64,000 nucleotides of DNA. It comes from Callorhinchus milii. Taxonomy: Eukaryota. Below are positions 37,841-51,829 of the stretch, in pieces. The stretch spans positions 42,286,001-42,350,000 of the forward strand of contig NW_024704743.1 of assembly GCF_018977255.1 (NCBI RefSeq), given 5' to 3'. Numbering within the stretch: the stretch's first letter is position 1; each line of letters opens with the position of its first letter. Under the pieces are notes generated by a model. It was not told the origin of the DNA. It searched no databases and saw only the letters and a list, made by a program, of their open reading frames with translations. A program made the translations under genes and the position numbers.

Positions 37841-38985
37841 AAGTTTGAGCTGACTGAAGCAGCAGCCATCAAAGTCCAGTTGTTTGGAAACACAGCAGCT
37901 CAGACATAATGAGCTGAAATGGCATCCTTCTATGCTCTAAATGTTCAATGCTAAATGTTAGCCATAGCAGTGCTGATTTGATTTAGTAACAAAGAAAGAT
38001 TGTCATAAATTTCCTGTAGGTTGTGCTATTTAGAGGCATCTGTTCTGCAACTGGTTTCTAAATGAAGCACGATGCTTTAATTTAGACAATCAGCGGGATG
38101 GATACCGGCATTATATCCCTCTAGCATGTTTTCTTCACTAATTACTGAAACAAATAGCTGGGTCACTGCTGCACACATGGATATTTTAGGCCTCAATGGC
38201 TAAGTAGCTTGCACTGACAGAACTTGTCCATAGGCTTACTTACTCTTTAATGATTGCTAATACAAACAAATGTTGACTGATGAGACTTCCTGATGTGGCT
38301 ATGCCCATGTGTATTGTAAGGCAATTGTCAGATAATGCCTTGAGAGGCAGGTAGTGACTTTCAGGTTTGGATTCCTATAAGAGTATCAGGCACTTATACT
38401 CCATTACCCTTCCATCACCTTATGTGGTGTGACTTAAATAAAGTGGCTGTAAGAGATTGTTCAGGGGAGCTAACATTGTGCAACACTTGATTTCTAGCCA
38501 AAGTTCATCAGGTCACTCAGGCCTCTCGGTCTTTCAGACCCTCTTACAGTTCACAGGCATTTTGTTACATCAATTGGGATAAATGTATATCCCAGATCCT
38601 TGGAACAAGCACGTGGTATCTTGTGGTTTAATGTTTTTTTACGGGTCAGATTCCCTTGTTAAGTACATTCTAGGAATGTTTTTCTTTCCTGGGGCTCACC
38701 ACTCTATGTGGTGCTGTGTTCCTATTTAACATATGTTTTGATTTTGGCAACATATTGACTGGTCTTGGATGGACTGGAGACAGGCATACCCTTCCATCAA
38801 CCATAGCCATCCTCTTTAGCACACCAGTAGAGTATTCAATGTGTTATTTATCATAAGTTTACTAAATCCAGTGCATGTGTTAATCAGCACCATCAGTTTT
38901 ATTATCATATCAAAATATTACAACCTTTTTCCCCAGCGTATACCAGGCACTGAGTGACAATAGCCCTTGGAGTTACTTCTCTCAC

Positions 38986-39185
38986 AGATTGAGAGTGACA
39001 GAGGCTGAGAGTGGGAGAGACTGAGAATGGGAGAGACTGAGAGTGGGTGATGCTGAGAGTGACAGAGATTGAGAGTGACAGAGACGGGGAGTGGGAGAGA
39101 CGGGGAGTGGGAGAGACTGAAAGTAGGAGAGACTGAAAGTGGGAGAGACTGAGAATGATAGAGACCAAGAGTGGGAAAGACTGAC
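38986..39185. repeat. 16-bp minisatellite (GACTGAGAGTGGGAGA), about 12 units
   Basis: Direct reading; explains the S/L/P-rich spurious minus-strand ORFs. Confidence 0.9.
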
Positions 39186-40282
39186 ACTGTAAGACCACCT
39201 AAACAGCAGCTGGCTGTCTAGTAAACTGTCTAGAAGGGGAGGGGAGGGAAAATGTACAAAACTAAGCATAGGTGTTCCCTGTAAATATTGATTCAAAGCA
39301 TACTCCAGTTCTGGCTTCTATCCATAATGTTGTTACATTACTTTGTTCAGTACTTTGTTGAAGGAAATTATCTGTGATGTATATCGACAACACAAGCACA
39401 ATGGCACTGTGAAAGAGCAGGTCCTTTTCTTTCACAAAGCAATGTAACGTGACTGATTAGTGACTGAGCAATTGATTTTTCACTCACAACGTGAATTATA
39501 ACTAAGTTACCAGGACAGGTTGCTGCTGTTTTCAGAATGACTGAGGGCCACAAGCTTCCCCTAGTCTGACGGCATCATGAGTCATGGACAGATGGCAATA
39601 TATCTCAAAGTACCACTTTTTGTTTTGGAGAGGATATGTTTTATTTTTGTACTGGCCCAGGTGCTGTGGAATGGAACAAATTCCCGAGTTTCTATGTTCA
39701 AATTCAGTGCGAAGCATTCCCAGGCGACAATGAAAGGGAGCCTTTCTCTGCAAGGCTACAATAATGTGCTTTGAACCCAGCTTTAGAAACCACCCATTAA
39801 TATCTGAGTGGGATGTTACCATTTTACCACATCAGTGCTCTCTGCGATATCTCTGAGCTGGGTTGAGACTGAGTCACATATAAAAATACACAATTTTTAA
39901 GTACAGAAGACGATTTGGCCCACAGTGCTGAGTTGACTCTGTTTCTCCTATCTGTTTAATCATATTCCCGTACCTTTTCCTTCTAACCCTTCATATGAAC
40001 CTTTTAAAATATTTATCTAAGACCCTTTTTAATGTCAGCAGAGAGGCTTTCACTCTTTCAATTGGGCTGGATTTGAACCCATGTCTCAGACATGAAAGAA
40101 TACACTGTCTGTTGAGTGTTTTGTTGTTTTAAAGTATAAAGTTCAAGTTGTGAAATTGTAATGCTATAAAATAATTTATTTGCAGTTAGATCATTTGGCT
40201 GAGTATACCTGAAATAGGATACTTGGAATAGTGTATCTGATATAGTAGACCTGATATATACCAGGTATCAGTGTCCAGCTGT

Positions 40283-40646
40283 CTGAATTGGAGCACTCTC
40301 ACCTCTGAATCAGAAGGTTGTGGGTTCAAGCTCCACATTGAGACTTTGAGCTCATAGTCTAAGCTGACATTCAAGGGCAGTGCTACGGAAATGTTGTATT
40401 GAAGGTGTCGCCCTTGGAATTTTTTGAAGAGAAAAGGCAGTTTCTCCCAGATCCTTGGCCAGCAATCCCTCAGATAAAATTGATCATTCACTTCATGGTT
40501 GCTGGTGGGAAATTACTGCAATCAAATTGGCTGCTGTGTCTGCCTTCAAATACACAGTCGGTACACTTTACAATAAATCATGTGAAGAGCTTTGAGATGT
40601 CTGCCTGTGAAAGGCACCATGCCAAATCTAAGGATTATTATTATTA
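40283..40646 (+). mobile_element. Old DeuSINE (SacSINE1-like)
   Basis: gcactctcacctctgaatcagaaggttgtgggttcaagc head, aaattggctgctg body, ggattattatt tail. Confidence 0.8.
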
Positions 40647-41332
40647 CATCTTTGTTTGGATTTCTCTTTCTCTGTAAAGTGCTTTGAAATGTCAACTCAT
40701 GTGAAAGGTGTTAAACAGAAAGTAGAAATCGCTTGATAAGGAATTCTGAGTGAGGACTTCTTCTGGTAACCAGAAATATGTCAGACCAAACCATGGGACC
40801 TACCTGCGTTTGAAAATAGATTATGTGACAGTGGAATTCCTATGAGATGGTGTGACATGCTTCAGGTAAGTCTTTACTTATTAAAGAATCCTGTTGATAA
40901 ATACCACACACTGGGGCTCGGAGTGGTGAGTTTAGGCTTGCACATGTTTGGTCTGAAAGCGCGAATCACAGCTTTCATTTCCCGATCTTCTCCAGTAAGG
41001 TTCTGTCCAGGCTAGGGATGCACAAAGCAATCCCCAAACAAAATATATTTACATTGAGTTCTGAGACAAAAACAGAACCAAAAGGGATTGACCTGCCATC
41101 AGAACTGTGCAAATCCACCTGGAGCAGTCTTACACCAGCTCACCTCCTTGACACAGACGCCATGCTATCTGGTCCTACATACAGATTTTATTAGTGGTGT
41201 CTTACCGTTTTCTACATTTGCCACGGCAGACAAAGAGTAGTCTGTACAGTCATGCTTCTTGTGAGGCTGTATCGCAAAAGGCAATGAGCTGGGAATTATC
41301 CCGCTACCACGTAAAAGGAGTTTTTCACTCCT

Positions 41333-41648
41333 TATAATAATAATAATCCTTGTATTTGATATAGCGCTTTTCATGTCAGGAGGACATCCCAAAGCGCTTC
41401 ACAGAACACACTGTAAAGTGAATTGACTGTATTTTTGTGGGCGAACGCGGCAGCCAATTGCGCACAGCAATGTCCTACAAACAGTTGTAGATTGAAAATG
41501 ACCAATTTATTATTGTTTTTGGAGGGATTATTATTAGGCTCTGTGTGGAGTAAGGAAACTTGCCCAAGGTTTCGCCCTCTGCCTGGAATTGAACTCAGGT
41601 CTCTCACTTGCAAAGCGAGTGCTCTAACCACTGAGCTATAGGATTCCA
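41333..41648 (-). mobile_element. Young SINE, short form, full length
   Basis: Near-identical to 431-750. Confidence 0.95.
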
Positions 41649-41782
41649 TTCCTTCTGCGTATCTTAGATGATTGTGCTGCCAGATACAGTGATACACATG
41701 TGCTCAGAGTGTTTGTTCTACACTTGAGTGGAGAAAGGGGGGAGAGGAATCTGTACCTGCATGTAGAATCTGTACCTGCATT

Positions 41783-41930
41783 TCATAGAATCATAGAATT
41801 ATATAGCACAGAAAGAGGCCATTCGGCTCATTGTGTCTGTGCCGGCTCTTTGAAAAGAGCTATCCAATTCAATCCCACTCCCCCACTCTCTCCCCATAGC
41901 CCTGAAAACTTGTCCTTCCCAAATAATTAT
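41783..41930 (-). mobile_element. CR1 3' tail
   Basis: catagaatcatagaat, the reverse of (ATTCTATG)n, then agcacagaaagaggccattcgg. Confidence 0.85.
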
Positions 41931-43269
41931 CAAATGTATTCAACCACACAGTTTGCGGAATGTACACAGTGTTCACAACTCAGTGAAGACTATTCTCTTT
42001 AACTGAAACCACGATAAAGGTAACAACTATTTCGGTATCTCACAGGTAACAGAACCAGTCAAACCTAACACTAACAGTTATACATTTTGGACTTGGTGAT
42101 GGGGTGGGGAGGGAGGAAACAGTGTGGGAAGAGTATTCCTCAGTCTTGAACTTGAGCCTGGAAAGATGAACTCAGTGCTCAATATCTGTGGAATTTCCAG
42201 GAGTAAACCTGAGCGAATTCCCGACTGATGAGCAATATCTCTGGGCTTTGTTCTGCCCTGTTTAATAGGGAAGATTTGTTTCTTTCATCAATTGCAAGGA
42301 GATAATTATGCGGAGGAGGATGAGTACATGGAAAGGCAGAGCAGACAGAGTTGACCATCTTATCCTTGGTTAATGATTTGCTTTGGCCTCTTGTTACTCA
42401 TCTGCTCTTTATTAAACCCATTTTTCTTATTTTATGAAGTTTCCCTTTCATTAACAGACGTTCCGAATGGTTGCATTACCTCTGAGAAACTGGCATTTAG
42501 GTACAAACCGCCAACTGTTTATCAGCAAAGCTGATGAAGGGCAGTACATCAGAAAGGCCGATTGGAATGTGGGTGGATAAGGACTGACTGCTCAGGCAGT
42601 CCGCTTCCTTTTTATTTCTCGCTTGTTTTCTGATTTGTTGCAGTCTTTAAACTCTCGTTTTCTTTTTTTAAATAAAAATGAAATGGGCTTTGAATGGCCA
42701 AATGAAAGGCTCTTCAGTGGGAAAGAACTGGGAAAGGCATTTGATTCTTTAGTTGAGTGAGAGGTGTTGGGATCGACTGCTTTTAAAATAAGAGGGATGT
42801 AAAACAAGCTGAAGCTGCTCAACTAAAATCTTTTTAACTCATTCTGGGACCTCTTAGGCACAATTTCAAAATGAGATTCTTTGGTTGAGAGGACGCTGCT
42901 TAAAAATCATAGTAGCAAATTTAACCCCTGGCAGGCTAAAAAAAGTGGGTCTTTTGCATGGTTGCATGTGAAAGGCTAGAAAGATACTCCCCAGTATTAT
43001 CTGGTAATGTTTCTCAATTTTCTCTTTCTGCAGTGAAACTGGTGTGAAAATCACACAACCTGAAAATTACTATCCCACCACATTGGGACATTTGACCTGA
43101 AAGGCACTGTATAAATATAATTTGTCGTCAGTTGTTGTTATATAAATGTAAATATGATTGTATATAATTTTAGTTTCTTTTCTGAAATTGTCTGCTCACT
43201 GGTCTCTCAGCTTCTCGTCAGTCTGAGACCTTGCTGAGGTTTCATATAGTGCCGGTTACCCTCTCGTAC

Positions 43270-43500
43270 ATCATCCAATGGCTATTGTTCATGTGTGAGC
43301 CTTGGTATGGAATGCCACCAGGCCACTCAACTATATCAGGGAGCCAGACCTCTCCCTGTCTGGCTGCCACAATGCTCACAACCAGGAGAGGGTTCGAAGA
43401 GGGACCAGGAGCAGAAACCTTGTCTCGTTTTCTGCTCCTTAATCTTGCGAAGCCAAGACCATGGAGCTCTGACTGAGATCAATAAACTCAGATAAAGACT
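43270..43500 (-). mobile_element. Ancient SINE (AmnSINE2-like)
   Basis: ttcatgtgtgagcct..gaccaggagcagaaacc..gactgagatcaataaactcag. Confidence 0.55.
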
Positions 43501-43744
43501 GGAAGCCTGAGAATAGTGGGAGCTAGAGGGGCAGAGGGCAACTGCACACGGTCACACTCTGGGATATCGTTTGTTGCTTGGTCATGAGTTGCAATCATCT
43601 TCTCTTGTCACAGACTTTCCCTGGTGGATGGACAATGTCTGTACAGGCAATCATATACAAACCCCATTGTTTCAAGATTTCTACAGAGGTCTCCAGTGAA
43701 CAAAGCATTTCATACCCCTTTTTCCAAGGATTACATAGTAGGTT

Positions 43745-43961
43745 ATAAGAGAAGGGAGTTTTTCCCGGTATCCTAGCCAACAATCCCCAAATAAAATTGG
43801 TCATTCACTTCATGGCTGTTTGTGGGACATTGCTGTGCGCAAATTGGCTGCCACGTTCAACAAAACCGACAGTCTTTGCACTTTACTGTATATCCTGTGA
43901 AGTGCTTTGAGACGGCCTCCCGAAGTGAAAGACACCATACCAAATGGAAGGATTATTATTG
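43745..43961 (+). mobile_element. DeuSINE-like 3' half
   Basis: gtttgtgggacattgctgtgcgcaaattggctgcc..ggattattatt. Confidence 0.85.
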
Positions 43962-45291
43962 TTGGTCTGTTCAGTTGGCAAGAAACAGTGGTGGCTAGAA
44001 CTGCCAGAAGCAGCAGAATTATACAATCATACAAATTATAACGAAGAGGAGGGATTGAGCCATCTGTTCCATTGAGCCTAAACTGGTATTATATCATCCA
44101 CTGGAGCGAATGACTGTAATCTCAGGTCTGCTTTTTACCTAGACACTTTTATATCATTCTTCTTGAAATCCACTTCCCATTTTGGGGGGGGGGGGTGAAA
44201 AGTGCTTAAGAAGTGTAACCATTTGAACAAAGCGCCCATAATATAAAAAATGTGTGTTTTTGTAAGAAGACCCCTGCACATGCAAGAGTCAAAACCCAGG
44301 CATCACAAGTCTCTTAGTGATGCACAGAAATTTCCAGCAGACAAAGCAGTACACATCCCGGTTGTCTTTTCCAAGGGTTATATGGTAGGTTATAATTTCA
44401 AGTGCTTATTCAGCCTCATTATTTTAGCCTCGGTGAACAATGTGATAATCCCACCTTGTTCAAATAACCCCTGCATGAGAAACCTTTCTGCTAACCTCCT
44501 CCATAACACTTCCAGTGGGAGTCCTGAGTTTATGCCTCTTTGTTACAATGTCCTGCTGTCTCCACACTATTGCTGCCCTCAGACAATGACAGCAGCATTG
44601 CAGTATAAATGGAACATTAAGGTTGTTAGTTAGTGTAATCAGCTGCTGTGCAGTGAAGACTGAGGGTAAATTCTTTCTTGAAGCAGCTTGACAGCTTCCT
44701 GTTGCTGCACACTGCTCGTGATGAGTGTAAATTCAGAATTTCATTTTGGATTCAGTTTACAAGGGCACCGATGCAAAGGGGGAAGAATCTCTGACTATAT
44801 CGGTCCCGTCTAAAATGCCAGGAAGCAGATGGATGCAGGCACATTCACAAGTACACCCACGTCAAGGTTCTATACTTTCATCAACAGGTTACCAGGATTG
44901 TATGCCAAAAAAATCATAGAAAGTTTACAACACAGGAAGAAGCTATTCGGTTTCTCGTGTCTGAGCTGTTTCAAGCTCTCCTGTTGGAGCTGGGACCTTG
45001 CTCCAACCATTAAGTGGAAGAAGTGGTTCTGTGAGCAGTGCAAGTGCACCTGAGCAGCATAACCTGGCAACAGCAAACCCAAGCTGGCGCACTCCTCTCT
45101 TCTCCTTTCAAAGCTTTCAGGCTGGTCCTTGAAAGGATCTGAAAACTTGGAACAAGGCATTTTTGTATATTATTAAAGAGCCAATTGTACAACTGTCTAT
45201 TTAATAACTTAATAAAGCTAGTTTGATGTTTTGCATTTCAGTCCATGTGAAGAACATCAAAGTCAGTTGAAACTCACAAAAACAGCTTGTA

Positions 45292-45498
45292 AGGCAGAAA
45301 TAGTATTTTATACTCTAATCTTATATCTCAAAATTATGGAAAAATATTAAATTCAATCTTAATTCAGAAACTTTTTTTCTTTCTTTGAGAAACAGAAAAA
45401 GACAGTTTCCACCTTGAAATTGAATTTAAGAAATGTTCACAAAATTGAGTGTAAAATGCTTTTTTTTACAGACTGCGACAAGGTGGAACTTCAGTCTT
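45292..45498. mobile_element. Degenerate fold-back MITE-like element
   Basis: ttaaattcaat / attgaatttaa arms; end caaggtggaacttcagtc resembles the family terminus. Confidence 0.5.
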
Positions 45499-47281
45499 CA
45501 TGTCTCTTTTTTTGGCCCCAAATGAAAGCAATTTACGATCCTCCATAGAAATCCAGCTTCCCAACAACACATCCTTTCATTGACTGCATTGTTCCCAGCA
45601 GTATAACCACAGGATTATTTAATGTCTTGTTTATGCTGCTTGATCAGTATTTGTTAGCCCTTCGAGCAGTAAAATGATTAAGAGTGGAAAACCTGATCTG
45701 CTCTGAAATCGGACAGGCCTGCAGATAAGGAAAACTCTGAACTCCCACTTCACTAACCAATGCTGATTACTTTTCAATATTGTTAAAAATGGTAAGCACA
45801 TCTGTAGTTTTAAATTAAATTTGGCTGTCTGATTGGGAGCCAAATCTAAGGGAAAACACGATATAAACTTGTCATCAAGGAACTTAGAGTTTGAATTATT
45901 CAAATGTAGATACATTTCCCCTCTCATTAATCTGTAGGGATGTAATTCAGCACTGAATATTTGCTTCACTTTCAGTGCTTAAATTTGGTTTAGAGAGTTC
46001 TGATATTGAGTTTGACAAAATGATAATAGATAGAGTTGAGGCATTTGATTGATAGGGAGCTTGAAAGCTTCACTCGAAGAGATCCTGCCTGCAGTAACAG
46101 TTCATTAGATGGAATAAGATGCATCAACTGAAAGATGTGTTAAAGTACAAATTTGTCAATCATATTTTCTCACTAATGATTTAGTTTGCAGTTTTAGTTT
46201 TTATATTTATTTGAATACAATTTCCATATTTAGAGATACGACAATTAAATAAATTGCTGCTGAATCTTTTCCCAGCAGATGAAGGATAGGGCAGGTGGAA
46301 TTTTATTATTACCCTATATTTCACATAGTTGTTTTGTGCAGTGACCTTTTGATTATCTGGAGTACTATTCAGAAACAGAGGTGCTGTCTTTATGTCTATG
46401 AAGGGATAATAGCAATGGACCACTTTCTTCCATATGCAATGTAATGGAGTCAGTGACATAAATTACATTAGTGAATTCAAGTGCTAGGCAAGAAGTTTAA
46501 AGGTTTGCAAATTGCTTTTGGATAAAGATCGTGCCCTTAAAATGCCCAATTAGTTGCATTCCGGTTCAAGCAGGAAGCTGTACATTTTGCTTTGTGCCAA
46601 TGAGAAGTTTATCTTCATGAGGAAAAGTTTCAAAGCCCCAAACACTTCACGTTGTAACTTTTTGAGGAGTACAGTAATATTAGCAGAAATAACTCATCAA
46701 GTTAAGGAAACTTATGAGAAATCACAGGGAGACTCTCAATCCCATTGATCTATTCTACAGAAGGAAATAAGGTAGTTTATGATGTTATCTCTCACTGCAC
46801 TAAGGCACCAGAGGAATTGTTCTCCTTTCAAGGGAAGCAGGAAGAGAAATCAATACCCTGAGGACAATATAGTCCTGGAGACTGAGGAGATAGCTAAAAT
46901 AAGCAGTGATGAAATACTCCTCAACATCAAAGAATACTTAGAGCATTCAAACCATCTGCCTGTGTCTCTGTGGGCACAGGTTCCATTAAAATTATTTTAT
47001 TATTAAATTCAATTATGTGTAAAGATTACACCATCAGTAGCCCCTCAATGCCTATTTTTCAAAGGTTTGGTTAGATCACTTGAGAGTTCCTGCAGGGAGC
47101 AAAGACCATAATTAGCTTAGATAGGATTCTGAGCGGAGGGCTGGAGGGGGATGTTTGGTTTTACCAGATGGCAAAAGCCTTATTCAGGCTTCCAATTTAG
47201 ACCAGGATCTAGTGAAAGGTGCTATGTGAAATGTAAGGATTATTATAAAAGGGCAAACTGTTAGAGAAGCACATGGCCAAT

Positions 47282-47746
47282 GTGGAGTCCTGTAGCTCAG
47301 TGGTTTGTGCGCTTTGTGTGTGTGTGTTCTGTGGGTTTGTACGCTGTGTGTGTGTGTGTTCTGTGTTTGTTTGCACTATGTGTGTGTGTATACTCTGTGT
47401 GTAGGCACAGTGTGTGTGTGTCGCAAGAGAGAGACCTGGGTTTGATTCTCGGCATGGCAAAATGTTGGGCAAGTTTCCTCACTCCACACGCCTCTGTTTA
47501 CCTAGCAGTCAGTAGGAACCCGGTTGTTAGTCGATTGATAGATCGCTTTTCCGGGGATAATAATTCCTTTAAAAAAATAATAAAAATTGGTCACTCAATC
47601 CACAACTGTTTGTGGGACACTGCTGTGCGCAATTGGCTGCCGTGTTTCGCCCACAAAACATATACTTTACATTATAATCTGTGAGGCATTTGGAGACATC
47701 TCGAAGATGTGATTAAGGTGCTATATCAAAAAATGCAAGGATTATT
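47282..47746 (+). mobile_element. Long-form SINE with (TG)n tract (47303-47420) inside the tRNA head
   Basis: ggagtcctgtagctcagtggtt[TG-rich]tcgcaagagagagacctgggtttgattc. Confidence 0.92.
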
Positions 47747-49554
47747 GAGAGATCGAGGGGGTTAGGTTAAGATGAACTGAAAAAGAAGTTAAGAGAAAGC
47801 ATGTTAAGAGGAATGAGAGTGGGTATTGGGGCAGAGACTTTCTTAATATTCAAATAATTTTGTAATTTAAAAACCGATAAAATGATCTTTTATGTGCAAT
47901 GAATGCGTAAAATTCAAAATTCCATTAAATATCATAGAATTTTTTAAAGAATATTTGTCCTAAGAAAACTATTGATTTGTGTTAAAAGTCCATTCACAAT
48001 ACCTTCTGTTTGCTGCTCAAGGTTTCTGAGGTAACAATAATGTAATATTTGTAAAGAGCTATGAATTGCATTCCGAATATAGTGTGTCAATCCATTACAT
48101 ATTGCACGATTATGATGAGAAATAATCATATTGATACAACTTTTTGTGTTATTAATTCAGATTATCAAATTCAGACTGTTGAAATTGTGATGATCACTGA
48201 GCAAAAAATTGTTCTTCTGCAACCGTTCCCTGGATCTGCTGTTCTTTGTGCTCACGGTTAAGATTTTTATATTCAGGCAGACTTCAGTCACACAGCTCCT
48301 TGTTTTTGCCCAGGATCTCCACCATCATTATTAAGTTGGGATGAACCTTCATTCTAAAAAACATGCCCAAAAGCATATGTTGGCAATAAAACCTAAGCTG
48401 TGAAGACATGTAGAAGACCAGCAGAGGCCCAAAATTTATTTTCTTCTGCACAAAACCATCCTTCCTGGTAACATGTTCAGTCATTAATTATTTTCTGTTT
48501 AAATTAATAATTCCTAATGTCTGTCCTGAAATTGCTATTCACAACCCTGAACTGTGTCCTGCTACCTTGGTGTATCTTACAGTATTATTCTGTGCTTACT
48601 GTCTGAATCCCATTGAGCAACCAATGTGAGGTCCATTCTAAGTCTCTTTTTTAAGGACTGATGAATTATGTACTCATGCAAATGTCAAAGTATTTTCTTA
48701 CGATTCCTACCATTTCCCTATCTGCTATTGCTTTTTTCCTGTTGGCATGGTGAATGGATGAGTATCCAAGGTCAATCTATGACTAGAATTAAGCAATAAA
48801 GATTATTTCTTTTTTTAAACTATTTTATGGTTTACAAAATATGACTTACCCCTGTAACAAAACATTGAAGTTTTGAATCTTTGCCAATAGTAATGAGGAA
48901 GCGGCATATATCTCTTGTGCATTATGGATAAGTTTTGGTTGGTTTGAGGCAAGAGGAATGGTACTTACATCTGATCCCTAGATGTGTGGGATGAATTTGA
49001 GTCTATCATTCCTATCATTTTTGACAGCCAGTTTGAGGGTTTGACAATATTCAGTCCCCTGTGGTGAAGAGCTGAGTATCTGTCCACGTACTCTGGCAAT
49101 CTACAGGAAGGAAGCATCCATGTTCAATGGCAGCCTATGGAGATATGTGTGCCTCTTGGGTTTGAGATCAGAGCTTCTGATCCAGCTCTATGAATATAAA
49201 ATGTTGGAACCCTGAAGTCAACTATGAAGATCAATCCCAAAGGAAATTGAATTCTTGCTCTATAATGTTGCATTATTAGGATATGTGTAGTGCTTTAGTA
49301 GGGAAGTCCACTGGTGTAGACAAGTACGGTGCCATAGAGCGTTACGTTAAAGGTTCATTCTTTTGTTCTACTGAGTCCTTGATCTTATCCGAGGTTATCA
49401 TGCACCTCTCATGCACCTCCTAGTGGTCCTTTCAGAGCTGTGTTGGCCAAAGAATCAGGTGACGTGCCTCTTAGAAACCGGTAGTCCAAGGAGAACAGAG
49501 AAATGGTAAGCAAATTATTGTCAAAACCAGATATTTGTGCCCTCACACAAAGCT

Positions 49555-49750
49555 ATTGCACCTAATACATTCATGAATTAGGTAAGCAGGATGTGTCCCT
49601 CCAGGGAGAAGAGTGTGCATTCCATTCCAACAATCTATCCCTGGGATTTCCATGTGTAGGCGGGATGCATGGAATTCCCAGCTTAGTTTGGATACTCTTA
49701 AGCTTGGTGATAGGTTTCCTCATGTGTCAGATAACTGGCTGAAGCCTCAA
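49555..49750. repeat. Unclassified interspersed repeat, opposite orientation to copies 1 and 4
   Basis: cattccaacaatctatc.ctgg..tttccatgtgtagg.gggatgca and agataactgg reverse-complement to 53640-53810. Confidence 0.8.
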
Positions 49751-50281
49751 AAATTAGCAATTCATTTATTTTTCTTTAATCTCTCAAATGTGGGAATGTG
49801 AGACTCAAAGAGCCAATGCAACCCAGATTTCATTGTTGATATACTTTTAGTTCTAAGTGTGAGAGGCAAGGTACTCCCATACCAGTGGGATACCTATTAC
49901 TCAAAATAAAGCTAATTCAGCCCACAGTAAAACATAAAGATCAACCTGATGTGGTTGGAATTTTTTGCCTTCGTTCAAGTAACTCTTTTTCTTTCTCCAA
50001 AAAAAAACTGGCGCCTCCAATGAACTTAATTTATGAAGAATAGCACAGAAATGAAATAATCAGCAAGAAAATCTGAGGATCTGGTTAAAACCAAGTTATG
50101 TGTCTTGAAAAGGTTTCAGCATGTAAAATCTCAAAACAGAACCAACCCAAACATTAGTCTGGCTAATGATTTTATGGGAAGCAGTGCTTTTGCCTAAATC
50201 TGTTTGACATTTTATGGCACTCCTTTAAAATTGTCTTGAATTAATTAACGTAAACTTGAGTTAATTGCTACAAATATTTCA

Positions 50282-50502
50282 GGAGAAATTCCACTTGAGT
50301 CTGAGTTTCACTCTATTTCTAAAGCATTTTAGAATGTCCCGAATTTGGCAAATTGTTAAACTCAGCCTCAATTTTGAAGTTAGTTTTCTGTAAATTTGTT
50401 TGACAACTGCAGAAAACCGACTTCAAGACTGAATTCAACAATTTGATTCTCCCAAATGCTTAATAAATGGAGGAAATCTTGCCCAAGGTGTAATTCTTCC
50501 CC
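50282..50502. mobile_element. Fold-back MITE-like element
   Basis: Whole-length imperfect palindrome: caaattgttaaactcag..ttgaagttagttttctg versus cagaaaaccgacttcaagactgaattcaacaatttg. Confidence 0.75.
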
Positions 50503-50621
50503 TAACCGTCTCTGGTGGTATGATCTGTGTATTGAGATACCATTTTGTGTCAGCCAGACTCAGTTTGGAGCAATCTCACCTCTGAGCCATATAGATTTAG
50601 AATCCATAGAGTGTCAACCTG

Positions 50622-51426
50622 GCAGAATGGCAGTGCTCTTTCCTCCGAATCAGAAGATTGTCGGTTTAAACCCCGCGTTAGATTTTGGAATCATGCAGTC
50701 GAAACTGACACCCCAATGCAGTGCCAGGGAGTGGCGGTGGGGTGGGGGGGTTACTTTGTCGGAGATGTTGTCCTTCGGATGAGACATTAAACCGGGATCC
50801 CATCTGCCGAGTTCAGATGGCTGTTCAAGATCCTATGGTACTACTTGAAAAGAGAAAGAAGTTTCTCCCAGTGTCCTGGTCAACAATCAAACAGTCACTC
50901 ATTCCATGGCTCTCTTTGCGGGACATTGCTATGCACGTCTGGCTGCAGCTTTTTACCCACAAAATACACAGTCTATCTACTTTGCAGTATATCCTGTGAA
51001 GCACTTTGAGACATCTCAAAGACGTGATAAGGTACTATATCAAATGCAAGGATTATAGTTATTATTATTAATATTATTATTATTATATAGTCTAGGCTGA
51101 CATTCTGGAGAGAATGTGCTGTATTGTCAGCGGTCCTTCGGATGGACATTAAACTAAGGTCCCATCTGCCTATTCAGGTGGATTCCATGCACTACTTGAA
51201 GAGAGAAAGGAGTTTCTCCGAGTGCCCTGTCCAACAATTCCCCCAAATAAAATTGTTCATTCACTTCACGACTTTTTGTTTGACACTGCAGTACACAAAT
51301 TGGCTGGTTTGTTTGCCTACAAAATACAGTCAATCCACTTCACAACATATCCTGTAAAGCGCATTGAGATGTCTCAATGATCTGAAAAAGCACTATATCA
51401 AATGCAAGGCTGATTATTATTATTAT
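50622..51426 (+). mobile_element. Two tandem DeuSINE-like copies (50622-51087 near full; 51091-51426 5'-truncated)
   Basis: tccttcggatgagacattaaacc and cccatctgcc..ttcag in both; shared tails. Confidence 0.85.
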
Positions 51427-51432
51427 TGTACA

Positions 51433-51625
51433 TCAACAACAACAACAACTTTCATTTATATATAGCGCCCTCCACGCCGGGCGGCATCTCAGAGCGTTTA
51501 CCAATGGTGGAGCCTAAGGCCGAGTTAAGGTGAGGGGGAAGGTGACCGTAGGCGCGGTCGAAAAGGAAGGTCTTCAGGCACGTCCTGACGATGGGGAAGG
51601 AGAGTACGAGATGGGGAAGGAGGTA
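51433..51625 (-). mobile_element. L2 3' end, second subfamily
   Basis: (CAA)n..atagcgccctccacgccgggcggcatctcagagcg..ggtcgaaaaggaaggtctt. Confidence 0.85.
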
Positions 51626-51829
51626 CATGGTGTCTTTTATGTATCCTTACAGATTTGCCCCTTTAGTCCTTGTTAAGATTTTACCTCTCCTTATTGGCAC
51701 TGGCATTATCACCTGTCATTGCACTGGGGATATTTAATCCAAAATATTCAAAATATATTCATAAATATTTCTCAGAATCAGGAGGAGTGTTAAGAGATCA
51801 AACAATTTCCTCCATAAAGGAATCACTTT

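Noticed and set aside
38905..39296. Three overlapping Ser/Leu-rich ORFs, or a CRISPR-like array
   Set aside because: Product of a 16-bp tandem repeat with no unique spacers
42530..42570. Hammerhead ribozyme core (CTGATGA..GAAA)
   Set aside because: No convincing stem II or stems I/III; other CTGATGA sites I inspected also fail
40780..43050. Isolated splice-like sites (CAG|GTAAGT ~40866; acceptors ~42457 and ~43033)
   Set aside because: Each lacks a strong partner site or a recognisable peptide
44715..44795. C/D snoRNA (GTGATGA..CTGA)
   Set aside because: No terminal stem and no recognisable guide sequence
49413..49426. CTCF-like site (CCACTAGGAGGTGC on minus strand)
   Set aside because: Two core mismatches; not supportable without ChIP data or a PWM scan
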